NCBI GenBank assembly: GCA_029261295.1
Contig: JAJDBP010000014.1
Coordinates: 8,474-72,473 of the forward strand
DNA: 64,000 nucleotides
Direction of reading: 5' to 3'
Source: Nitrospirales bacterium
Lineage (GTDB): Bacteria; Nitrospirota; Nitrospiria; Nitrospirales; UBA8639
The notes beneath the pieces were generated by a model. That model saw only the letters and a list, made by a program, of their open reading frames with translations, had not been told where the DNA came from and did not search any database. Positions 10,402 through 18,785 of the stretch are shown here, one piece after another (the first letter of the stretch is position 1; the number at the start of each line of letters is the position of its first letter). The translations under genes and the position numbers were made by a program.

Positions 10402-11064
10402 TTAGTTTTTCTTTCGATATTTCCAGCTAACTAATCCCGCCAAACCAGTACCCAAAAGTAAAATAGTCGAGGGCTCTGGTTCTGGCGCTGGGACAGGACC
10501 AGGAGTACTTGTCGATACGTTTACATTGTCTATAAAGGCCCCAAAACTATTTCCAACTGGCGATAGACTTCGAAACCCTAGAGTTGCGTTCGAACCAGAG
10601 GCAATAAAATCAAAACTTATTGGTTGCCAAAAAAGTGTCTGCCGTGTTTGCCCAGCTGTATCATGAGAGAATGTTTGCAAGAAACTATCTACAGAAACCT
10701 CTACATTCTTCACTCTTGGGCTTCCATCTAGGTTGCCGGAGAGATCAAATGACACCGTATATTTTTGACCAATGAGCGTGGTGAAATTTTGTTGAATGCC
10801 GCCGGTCGAGAAAGCACCATCCAAATCCACTGCCCGCAAGCCGTCAGCGATAAGGTAGGGGGCGCCAAACACATCAATGCTGGAACCTGTGACGGTCCAA
10901 CCCGTAATGGCATTAGATCCTCCGCCGACTGTGACATGAGAAGATCCCCCAGGAATTCCTGGACCTAGTTCAAAGCTTCCATTAATGAGTGTGCCTGACG
11001 ATATCATTGGGATCAGCAACACTGAGAACCCAACAATGAGCCCAGCTGTTGTGGAAGACCTCAT
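10402..11064 (-). CDS. PEP-CTERM sorting-domain protein with a DUF642 / choice-of-anchor-C-like beta-sandwich
   Basis: 220 aa with a signal peptide. Domain landmarks are LINGSFELGP, ITGWTVTGSSIDV, ADGLRAVDLDG, GGIQQNFTTLIGQKYTVSFDLSGN. The C-terminus PEPEPSTILLLGTGLAGLVSWKYRKKN is a PEP motif followed by a TM segment and a basic tail. Confidence 0.85.
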   Translation of the reverse strand: MRSSTTAGLIVGFSVLLIPMISSGTLINGSFELGPGIPGGSSHVTVGGGSNAITGWTVTGSSIDVFGAPYLIADGLRAVDLDGAFSTGGIQQNFTTLIGQKYTVSFDLSGNLDGSPRVKNVEVSVDSFLQTFSHDTAGQTRQTLFWQPISFDFIASGSNATLGFRSLSPVGNSFGAFIDNVNVSTSTPGPVPAPEPEPSTILLLGTGLAGLVSWKYRKKN

Positions 11065-11296
11065 AGTGAACCCCCCTTTTAATTAGAAGTAAGTCATTTC
11101 TGCAGGTATGATCGAAATTGAGAGCTCAATTGTGAGCGGTACGACATGCGTTCATTCCTGCCTGCATCAAGTGGTCGGCAACATATCTGAAATTACCTCT
11201 ATTGTAAACATGAATTCCATTTCAGTATGATGAAACGAATTTTGTTTCTTTATGATTACAAGAAATTAGCATCTTTATAATGTAAGGAGATTTTTT

Positions 11297-12454
11297 ATGC
11301 CGAGACCTCAAGCATTTTCCACAAATGAAATTGAGCAAATTGCTGTCCTGTTGGCTGACCCTGAAATGACTCAAAAACGCGTAGCAGAACTTCTGAATGT
11401 CGCCCCTGCGACCATCACTCGAGCCACCCAAAAAGCAATAAAGGAAGGATTTTTGGTAGAAAAAAAACTGGAAATTACTCCCAAGGTCTCTCAAGAGAGT
11501 ATTGCGGTTATGAGAATGGTGCTCGATGTGCCTCCCCTGGAAGAGAAACTCAAAGCTCTAGAAAAAAATAATCAAGGCACCCATCATTTTCAGAATTTTC
11601 TGGTGTTTGACAGCGGAGACCCTCGTAAGAGTCATCAGGAATCCATGAGTGCTTTTGTCAATTCGATAACGAGCTATCTGTCGAAACAGCTTCTCCGCAA
11701 AGATGTCAAAGTCATGGGGGTCAGCTGGGGGGTGGCGCTGTTAACGCTCTTAGATAGCCTCCGAATGGTGATGCCTCAGCATCCACGACGAAATAATCCG
11801 GTGACGTGTATTCCAATCGCGGGCTCTCCCCCTGATGCAGAACTGCTCAATAAGATTTCCTCGGGTAATCTTGCTGGTGCCTTCCACAGACTATTGAATG
11901 GACCAGGGGGGGAGCTCACATTTTCCGTTGGTGGCTGGATCCCAAAAAGTATTTCTGACAGGCATGTAGAAGTGATTCGTCAATATGCCCGTTCGAGTCC
12001 GTTTTACGAAAAAGTATTTTCCAAGCAGGGCCTCATTCACGAACTAGACTGCGTGTTGACCTCAGTCGGGGCGATTAATGATTTTGCTGGTCCGTGGCTT
12101 CAGGCTGCCGCCAAGGCGGCAGGTCTCTCCGTGGAACAATTTTCTGACCTGACTATTGGAAATATTTCCGGATGTTTTTTGCCGGCCCCTGGTTTAAAAA
12201 GCTCAAGACGAAAAACTTTAGAGCACGTCAATGATCGCTGGTTGGGTATTCAGCTTGAACAACTGAAGAGCTGCGCGAAAAGGGCGGTGGAGAAAAAGGT
12301 TCCCGGAGTCATCATCATTGGCATTGGTGAGGGTAAGGCAGAATTGATTGTCGAATCCATCAAACAGGGCTTAGTGAATATCGCCTGCTGTGATATTCCC
12401 CTGATGAGGGCAATTAATAAACGCCTCAAGGCTTCTTCTGCCGTTCCAGAGTGA
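11297..12454 (+). CDS. SorC/DeoR-like transcriptional regulator (N-terminal HTH plus sugar-phosphate-binding-type domain)
   Basis: 385-aa ORF starting at ATG, preceded by AAGGAGA. The HTH is TQKRVAELLNVAPATITRATQKA. SorC-like landmarks are GVSWGVALLTLLDSL, IPIAGSPP, CVLTSVGAIND, IGNISGCFL and PGVIIIGIGEGKAELIVESIKQGLVNIACCD. Confidence 0.65.
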   Translation: MPRPQAFSTNEIEQIAVLLADPEMTQKRVAELLNVAPATITRATQKAIKEGFLVEKKLEITPKVSQESIAVMRMVLDVPPLEEKLKALEKNNQGTHHFQNFLVFDSGDPRKSHQESMSAFVNSITSYLSKQLLRKDVKVMGVSWGVALLTLLDSLRMVMPQHPRRNNPVTCIPIAGSPPDAELLNKISSGNLAGAFHRLLNGPGGELTFSVGGWIPKSISDRHVEVIRQYARSSPFYEKVFSKQGLIHELDCVLTSVGAINDFAGPWLQAAAKAAGLSVEQFSDLTIGNISGCFLPAPGLKSSRRKTLEHVNDRWLGIQLEQLKSCAKRAVEKKVPGVIIIGIGEGKAELIVESIKQGLVNIACCDIPLMRAINKRLKASSAVPE

Positions 12455-12493
12455 ACTTCATAAATCCATTCCTTTTTCCCCAGCAACCATTTC

Positions 12494-12835
12494 TTATGGT
12501 AGCTGTTTGAGACAATCCGGGCAGAGATCATGTGCAGTGATGAGGGTGTGATCGATAGGTTCATTTACATTATCTCGCTGTGGAACCTGCCCACAAGGTG
12601 CGGAGATGTGGGCTTGAACTGGCGCCTCTTGCCGATTGCCCCACATCCCGGTGTGATAATTCAGCCAATACTGACCGGTGGCAATAGGCCCACAATGAAG
12701 ACGTTCCAAAAACTGGATTTCTGTTTTGGTCAGCTCAAAACCATTCAACGTAACCTGCCGTTCAACTGGCGTCATGCCCACAATTCCGCAAGCCAGAAGT
12801 ACTGCGATGAATACAAGAGGTCGTTTGGTGTTGAT
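12494..12835 (-). CDS. Small lipoprotein of unknown function. The probable start is a non-canonical ATC at 12835; the track start is GTG 12781.
   Basis: The ORF is open upstream as far as a TGA at 12866-12868. Translating the extension gives INTKRPLVFIAVLLAC|GIVGMTPV, which is a positively charged n-region, a hydrophobic core and an LLAC lipobox. An AAGGAGGGG Shine-Dalgarno lies at 12842-12850 (reverse strand), 6 nt upstream of the ATC at 12833-12835. There is no ATG, GTG or TTG in the extension. Confidence 0.5.
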   Translation of the reverse strand: MNTKRPLVFIAVLLACGIVGMTPVERQVTLNGFELTKTEIQFLERLHCGPIATGQYWLNYHTGMWGNRQEAPVQAHISAPCGQVPQRDNVNEPIDHTLITAHDLCPDCLKQLP

Positions 12836-13806
12836 GGCTTCCCCTCCTTTTTGAGACGGTTTGTCTCAGCGTTGCATTTGCCTTTTTCTCCCTTACTTCT
12901 TGAGTTTTGCAACCTTTATTCCACAAACAAAGCAACCCAATCATTTTTTTAAGTCCTGAAAAACCACGAGAGGTATTAAGTTTTTTGGGGAGTGTCTCGT
13001 TACCTTGTTGATCTTTGATCTGCAATAAAACAGGAACATTGCCTATTCAGTGGTCACCTGTGTCTACGATAACCCCAGATAGAAAATCTTTTAAGAGTCG
13101 AAACGCTACAGCTTTTTCACACATTCGGAAACATACAGCATCAAGGAATTAGAGGCTTTAGAAAAACATTCTTGCCATCATTTGTTCACACCACCCCAAG
13201 GCGGTTCATTCTGGCTGACACATCAGGGACGAATCCTCTTTCAGTCGCTCCATGCAACCTATGGGGCTCACCCTGCAAAAAATCAACCCATTATTTTATC
13301 CAGCATAAAAAATTTCGTGGAACAAAAAAAATGATATCTTTGAGTATCCACTTCCACAGAGGAAAAGAGGAAGGCGTTCGAGCCAGGGACCCCCAAACTC
13401 TCAGATTCGAGTCAGAGGCCTTAACGAGCTCTAGCAAAAAAAACATTTGTTTGTTTTTGGGCTAGGGGTATTGTTTCTATAGAAGCACCAAGTCAACTTC
13501 ACCCTAATCTGGACCAGAGTCTAAAATACAGAATGTCACTCATCTCCCATCCTTGGGAGGCTCTAGAGTTCCCACAAGATCTTCAATCATAGGTTATGAG
13601 TCCCTAGGACTTCCCCTTTGCCTCCATTCTCTTTCCACACTCTCTCCAGAATCATCTAGCCATGGCCAAAGAAATTATCCTTATGCATGAATTTTCCCTT
13701 TGATGTATTTGGAGAGTTTGACTAGAATGCTCATTGTCTCATTGAGGGAGAAACGATGAGTGCACATGCTTGTTTTCAAAATTAGCTCCCACCATCCTTC
13801 CTAATA

Positions 13807-14586
13807 TTGCGGAGGCACCTCTCTATGATCCTCTCCACAAGAAAATCTCTGCTCATTGGTATTTTTCTGGGAATGACTGGCCTGATGAATTTCTTGGCCA
13901 CGGCGACCTATGCCAATCCTTCCACCTCCATTGATATTGGAGGAGGAAACCGGCTGTATTTGCAAATGAAAACCTTTAAGGCCTTACGTGATGAACACTT
14001 GGTCAGGCAATCATTAGATTTTTCATGCGGGGCTGCCGCGTTAGCGACCCTATTCACTTACTACTTAAACGACAAAACATCAGAATGGGATATTCTCGGT
14101 CCCATTCTTTACTCGCTCAAAGAAGATGAAGAGGCCTTACGAAAAAAAAAGGGGCTCTCCTTGCTGGACTTGCAAATGTATACAAGCGCCAGAGGGTACC
14201 AATCGGAAGGATTTCGAGTCAGTCCGAATTACTTAGAAGAGTTGAATGTTCCTGTTATCGCTTTTGTCGCTCCAGGTGGATATAAGCATTTTGTCGTTCT
14301 CAAGAGAACTATCGGTGATTATGTGTATGTGGCAGACCCATCAAGGGGGAATCTGCAAATGCCCAAATATAAATTCCTTGAAATGTGGAAACTTCAAGAA
14401 GGAAAAGGCGTGATATTTGTCGTACAACCTCGTGAAAAAGAAACACATAGCATTCTTCTGAAAAATTTACCAAATCCCCAAAGCCTCCAACCTGAAACCC
14501 TTGGCCTTCGACAGATGCTAGAGATGGGTAATCCTTATTTTCGATTTCTTCAGCTCAAAGCTCGATTCCCAGAATTAGGGAGATAA
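13807..14586 (+). CDS. Exported stand-alone peptidase C39-like (papain-fold) cysteine protease
   Basis: 259 aa with a signal/TM segment LLIGIFLGMTGLMNFLATATYA. The catalytic-Cys motif is QSLDFSCGAAALATLFTYYL, with the Cys codon at 14026-14028. The His motif is YKHFVVLKRTIGDYVYVADPSRG. The start may be ATG 13825 rather than TTG 13807. Confidence 0.8.
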   Translation: MRRHLSMILSTRKSLLIGIFLGMTGLMNFLATATYANPSTSIDIGGGNRLYLQMKTFKALRDEHLVRQSLDFSCGAAALATLFTYYLNDKTSEWDILGPILYSLKEDEEALRKKKGLSLLDLQMYTSARGYQSEGFRVSPNYLEELNVPVIAFVAPGGYKHFVVLKRTIGDYVYVADPSRGNLQMPKYKFLEMWKLQEGKGVIFVVQPREKETHSILLKNLPNPQSLQPETLGLRQMLEMGNPYFRFLQLKARFPELGR

Positions 14587-14591
14587 TCAAC

Positions 14592-15956
14592 ATGATGGGC
14601 AACCAAATGCGTCGTTTACCTCTCTTCGGTTGTGCTTCTATTCTTTTACTATTAAGTGTTTTACAGTCCAGTGAAAGCCAGGCCGCGGCACAAAAAATGG
14701 ACCTTCAACCTTTTGAACGATCCTCGCAGGGTAAAGGGTTCACGCTTGAGGAAGCAGCGCGGTATACAGGGTTAAGTTACAGAGAAGTCTTGGCTCTTAT
14801 GAAAACGGGCCATCTCATGCCAACCAAAATCGCCTCCACTTGGTATGTACACAAATCCGAACTTATTAAATGGCTAGAATATCCTGCTATTGCTAAGAAC
14901 GTGATCCTACGATCACTCAGGCAAAATACGGAATTACGGTTTGCTGGGAGGGATGAAAACCCGGAAACATTAGATACAAAACACAGTGTTGTGCAGCCAG
15001 ATACGCACTCTAACAAAGGACCTCTATCGAAGGTTGTCTTGGCGGAAATTATTGGAAAGGGCAAGCCATCTTCCTCTAGTCAAAATGATGACGGAACAAA
15101 AAATGAGGGAAAAACTCAACCCATTGGTGAAGCACCGGAACAAGATACAGCTGAAGAAATTTTTCTTCAAACGCAGAATGTCCTGTTGAGAGCGAGGCAG
15201 TTAACCATCGAATTAGGCCTGTTTTACACCAAGAGTGAAGCTGAAGGCCTAACCTTGTTGCCCGGAAATATCCTCATCAATGCATTAGGCGAACAAGATA
15301 CCTTTACCTCCAATCTGAATATTCGATACGGCCTTTTTCATGATGTTCAACTATTTGCAATAGGTGTCCTACGGCGGCAAAAAAGTACGACGAGAACAAC
15401 AACAAGCGGCGGTGCAACTCCGATTACCCAAAAAACCAGTTCAACTTTAACCGAATTTGGTGATTTCACACTTGGCGTGCGGTCCGTGGTCCTTCACGAG
15501 GCGGCAGGACGTCCGGATATTATTCTGAGTATCGATGGCATCATTCCCACACGATCTAGTTCTTACGGCATAGAGGGAAACATCGCCCTCTCGAAACGCT
15601 CAGATCCCATAGCTCTGTTTGCCAATTTCAACTATCTGCACAAATTTAGCCGAGAATTTTCTGACTTCAGCCGCTTAGAACCAGAAAATACCTTTGCTGC
15701 AACCTTGGGATATTCCTTTGCCGTGAATGATACCATTTCCTTAAATACCTTGGTCTCCGGGATCTTCTCCAGACCCACAAATTTTGATAAATCTACGACT
15801 CCTGATCTGCCGGCAACGGAACGATTTACTTTACAATTAGGACTGACCTCGCTCATAACAGAACGATTATATATTCAACCAAGTCTGACCTTTGCGTTAA
15901 ACGGACCAGCCAATGTGACGGCAGGAGTGAGCATTCCATACATTCTAGACTTGTAA
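14592..15956 (+). CDS. Signal-peptide protein with an excisionase/MerR-type HTH-like segment and a C-terminal outer-membrane beta-barrel-like domain
   Basis: 454 aa. The start is ATGATG, 5 nt after the C39 stop, and GGGAGA overlaps that stop. The signal peptide is LPLFGCASILLLLSVLQSSESQA. The HTH_17-like segment is FTLEEAARYTGLSYREVLALMKTGHLMPTKIASTWYVHKSELIKWL. The C-terminal ~260 aa has alternating-hydrophobic strands (LNIRYGLFHDVQLFAIGVL, FTLGVRSVVL, FAATLGYSFAV, TLQLGLTSLI, YIQPSLTFAL) resembling MetA-pathway-type barrels. Confidence 0.6.
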   Translation: MMGNQMRRLPLFGCASILLLLSVLQSSESQAAAQKMDLQPFERSSQGKGFTLEEAARYTGLSYREVLALMKTGHLMPTKIASTWYVHKSELIKWLEYPAIAKNVILRSLRQNTELRFAGRDENPETLDTKHSVVQPDTHSNKGPLSKVVLAEIIGKGKPSSSSQNDDGTKNEGKTQPIGEAPEQDTAEEIFLQTQNVLLRARQLTIELGLFYTKSEAEGLTLLPGNILINALGEQDTFTSNLNIRYGLFHDVQLFAIGVLRRQKSTTRTTTSGGATPITQKTSSTLTEFGDFTLGVRSVVLHEAAGRPDIILSIDGIIPTRSSSYGIEGNIALSKRSDPIALFANFNYLHKFSREFSDFSRLEPENTFAATLGYSFAVNDTISLNTLVSGIFSRPTNFDKSTTPDLPATERFTLQLGLTSLITERLYIQPSLTFALNGPANVTAGVSIPYILDL

Positions 15957-16184
15957 CCTTTGTTGAAAATCAGCTGTTTTTGAATGACAAAAACGAGAGG
16001 AATTCTTGCCATTTCTCCCTAAAAATAATCTTCAAGCAGAGGTTTCCCAAAATTATTGCCCTTGGGAGTCTTTCTCCCTCTGCTCTTCAGTACTTCCCCC
16101 TTCCAAGCTAGGCCAAGTTAAGAGCGGGCCTTATAACAGCATGTCATCAGACCGCCTTTATTCTCAATCTTTTCCAGGAAAAGA

Positions 16185-16865
16185 CTACCGACTAAACTGC
16201 GATCCTTGAATCTGAGGAATGTTTAATTGTTGAGGATTGAGTTGCTTGAGAAGCTTCTGGCCCCTAAGACCTTGTTTGAAATTCTTTTGGAAATGAAAGT
16301 TCTTATTTATGGTCATGTTGTAATCTGGAATTTTTGGGCCAGCCTTTATCAGATTGGCATTCATGACTGGGTTACTTACAATCGCCTGCATAACCCCTAC
16401 CTGGAAGAGGTCCCATGGATTTTGATCTCCACCCGCTTTTGGGCCTCTAGTTGCATTATAGTCCCCTACATTTGAGGTAATTATTCCACCATCCGTTCCC
16501 CCCACAGGGACCTTTTTAATAACCCGCCTTCCCCCAGTATCAGTAGTAGTAGTAGTAGGGGTTCCACCACTAGGATCTGTTCCACCTCCCGAATAAAAAT
16601 CCGAGTTTCCTCCGGCCTTAGCTTCGGAAGTCGTGGAATCCGGAGAGAGCTGTGCCTCTTGTTCTTGCTCTTCAAAGCCTTTCATGGCTTCCTTGTTGAG
16701 AAGACGTTGGCCAAGATTCCATTCACCTGTAATATTAGCCATTTCTGAAGCCGACAAGGGTTCAACCGACCATGGCCGACTGGAGTCGACTAGCGTCTGA
16801 CTCGCCCCGGCTATTGGAATGAGTAAGTAGCACACCATCGTCAATAGGATACTTTGCGTCTTCAT
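16185..16865 (-). CDS. Secreted low-complexity protein, paralog 1 of 3 (conserved ~45-aa N-domain, G/T-rich middle, Q/N-rich tail)
   Basis: 226 aa starting at ATG, preceded by GGGAGA, with a signal peptide. The N-domain is SQTLVDSSRPWSVEPLSASEMANITGEWNLGQRLLNKEAMKGFEEQ. The C-terminus is QLNPQQLNIPQIQGSQFSR. Confidence 0.7.
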   Translation of the reverse strand: MKTQSILLTMVCYLLIPIAGASQTLVDSSRPWSVEPLSASEMANITGEWNLGQRLLNKEAMKGFEEQEQEAQLSPDSTTSEAKAGGNSDFYSGGGTDPSGGTPTTTTTDTGGRRVIKKVPVGGTDGGIITSNVGDYNATRGPKAGGDQNPWDLFQVGVMQAIVSNPVMNANLIKAGPKIPDYNMTINKNFHFQKNFKQGLRGQKLLKQLNPQQLNIPQIQGSQFSR

Positions 16866-16914
16866 GTGTTTATCTCCCTTCTTCTTGCTTTCGTTTCATG
16901 CGTTTTCATGGCTT

Positions 16915-17982
16915 TCAAGGTAAGCCAGGAGCCAAGCCCTGGAGTTGAGGAAGTGCTAATTGCCCTTGATTGAGTTGATTGGAAAATGCTTGGTTTTTAT
17001 ATGCCGGGTTAAGATTCAAATGATTCTGAAGGTTTAAATTAGAAATGCCCAGATTTTGTAAAACTTTTGGAGGACTACTGGATGGAGTGGTCCTTATGAC
17101 TGGTTGAAGACCAAACGCTCTTAAAGCACCCGGAGTGATTTTAGGCTGTGCCATTTGTAAATTCCCCTTCTGCAGCCTGGACATTCCGGTTGCCGGGATC
17201 TGAGGAACGAATGGGGCGCCAGAAGATACCTTTGGCCTGACATGGGAGGTAATCGACACAGGAGGAGAGGTGACCTCAGGCCTCTGTCCAACAACTGAAG
17301 GTGTCGCTGGAAGAGTAGGCCCAACACCTTTCCAACCTTTTGGTGCAACGGTTGGTGATCCCTCTGTCCCATGAATCCCCATTCCTCCGGAAGTATTATC
17401 ACCAGGATGTTGGTTTCCACCACCTGATTCGCCACGAGTCCCTGGCATGAAAAATTGATCAAACTTATCTTTGTGAACGTAATCCCCACTCATATTGTTG
17501 GAACTTTTTTGAGTGGCGTCCTTGCTGGCGCCTGCATCTTTAGGTGCTTGCAATTGAGATCCATGAGCTTTTGACCGAGAAGGGCCAGAGTTGGGGGAAG
17601 TCTCATTTTCCCGGTTTGACGCATCGGGGGCGTGCGAGGCATCTGGGGCGTGTGTGTCTTTCTCGAAAGAAGGTTGTCTTCCGTTTGCGGCAGATATTCC
17701 AGTCTTGATGGGTTTTGCCCTGCGATCATCTTGGTCGCTTGAAGAAGGATTTTGTTTATTAAACTCTTTGATGACTTCTTTGTTAAAAATATGTTGCCCA
17801 ATGTTCCACTTACCTGTGACCCCTTCCATTTCGGATGGCGCTAATTTTTCAATAGACCAAGGATGGCTGGAGTCTGGTGAGTTTTGACTCCACCCCGCTA
17901 ATGGATTGAGCATTAATAAGAAAAACATTAAAGGGATTAAAAGCGGTTTCATTGGTTTATCCATTTTCCTTTGCTTGAGCAT
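16915..17982 (-). CDS. Secreted low-complexity protein, paralog 2 of 3
   Basis: 355 aa with a signal peptide. The N-domain is SQNSPDSSHPWSIEKLAPSEMEGVTGKWNIGQHIFNKEVIKEFNKQ. It contains the repeat HAPDASHAPDAS, and has a P/S-rich middle and a Q/N/L-rich end (NQLNQGQLALPQLQGLAPGLP). The exact start among three in-frame ATGs is uncertain. Confidence 0.7.
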   Translation of the reverse strand: MLKQRKMDKPMKPLLIPLMFFLLMLNPLAGWSQNSPDSSHPWSIEKLAPSEMEGVTGKWNIGQHIFNKEVIKEFNKQNPSSSDQDDRRAKPIKTGISAANGRQPSFEKDTHAPDASHAPDASNRENETSPNSGPSRSKAHGSQLQAPKDAGASKDATQKSSNNMSGDYVHKDKFDQFFMPGTRGESGGGNQHPGDNTSGGMGIHGTEGSPTVAPKGWKGVGPTLPATPSVVGQRPEVTSPPVSITSHVRPKVSSGAPFVPQIPATGMSRLQKGNLQMAQPKITPGALRAFGLQPVIRTTPSSSPPKVLQNLGISNLNLQNHLNLNPAYKNQAFSNQLNQGQLALPQLQGLAPGLP

Positions 17983-18005
17983 CCCGAGGTTATTCCCAAG
18001 TCTTA

Positions 18006-18461
18006 TTACCTACCAGTGCTATGAGATTCAGGAGTGGAGGCATTAGGGCCCAGAGGTGGAGGGACATTAAAACGAGAGCTAGGAGATTCCGGAGTGGAGG
18101 CCATAAAGCCATGAGATGAGGGGCCCTTCAAACGAAGAGGTGGAATGGTATGGTCACTACCGGAACCAAGAATCCCATCCCTATCCACTCCTAATGATTC
18201 TGGAATATTAGCCTTGATGGGCTCTGCCCTTCGATTACCTTTCTCGCCTGTATCTTGAATATGTTCTTTGAAGGTTTTGATGACTTCTTTGTTAAGAATA
18301 CCTTGACGAATGTCCCACTCACCCGTTACACCCGCCATTTCGGGCATTGATAACTTTTCAATAATCCAGAGATCGATGGAGTCTGGATGGTTCTGGCTCC
18401 CCACTGTTAATGGATTGATGAGAAAGAAGAAAAGAATTAATAGAACTACATGTATTTTCAT
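18006..18461 (-). CDS. Secreted low-complexity protein, paralog 3 of 3 (short form)
   Basis: 151 aa starting at ATG, preceded by AAGGAG, with a signal peptide. The N-domain is SQNHPDSIDLWIIEKLSMPEMAGVTGEWDIRQGILNKEVIKTFKEH. It contains the internal repeat ASTPESPSS.../NASTPESHS. Confidence 0.65.
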   Translation of the reverse strand: MKIHVVLLILFFFLINPLTVGSQNHPDSIDLWIIEKLSMPEMAGVTGEWDIRQGILNKEVIKTFKEHIQDTGEKGNRRAEPIKANIPESLGVDRDGILGSGSDHTIPPLRLKGPSSHGFMASTPESPSSRFNVPPPLGPNASTPESHSTGR

Positions 18462-18785
18462 TATTTATCTCCTTTCCGGAGCCATTGCCACTACTACGTG
18501 GCGTCCATTTTGTGTTTCTCCTGCTCTACCAGGGAATAAGCAAAACAGGAGCCAGACGACTTAAAGATGGCGACTTGAGCCAACCCTTTGATTTTGAAGG
18601 AAAGCCAAGTAGGAGCGTGACTATCTATGCAATGCTCCTGTGAACCCAATGAGCTCACCATGTCTACTTCGTAGACAAATTCAATTTAAAAAATTATACA
18701 AAAACCACTAAGGTGTGAACTTGGGCAAGGACTCTGGAGGCTTTTGGGGGGAAGTAAACGATAAGAGGAATGAAGGGTGAGAGGC

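Noticed and set aside
13026-13806. A long 780-bp intergenic region containing the 97-aa ORF 13172..13465. I examined it for a small gene, an RNA gene or a promoter.
   Set aside because: The ORF translation has no signal, motif or SD and looks random. I saw no tRNA-like T-arm (GGTTCGAATCC-type) or obvious terminator hairpin, and no convincing -35/-10 or -24/-12 promoter match that I could defend by eye.
18462-18785. Short hairpins in an intergenic region, for example GTCTAC-TTC-GTAGAC at ~18663-18677 and AGGAGC...GCTCCT. I considered them as terminators or an sRNA.
   Set aside because: The stems are only 6 bp with no following U-tract in the correct orientation. That is insufficient to call a terminator or ncRNA.
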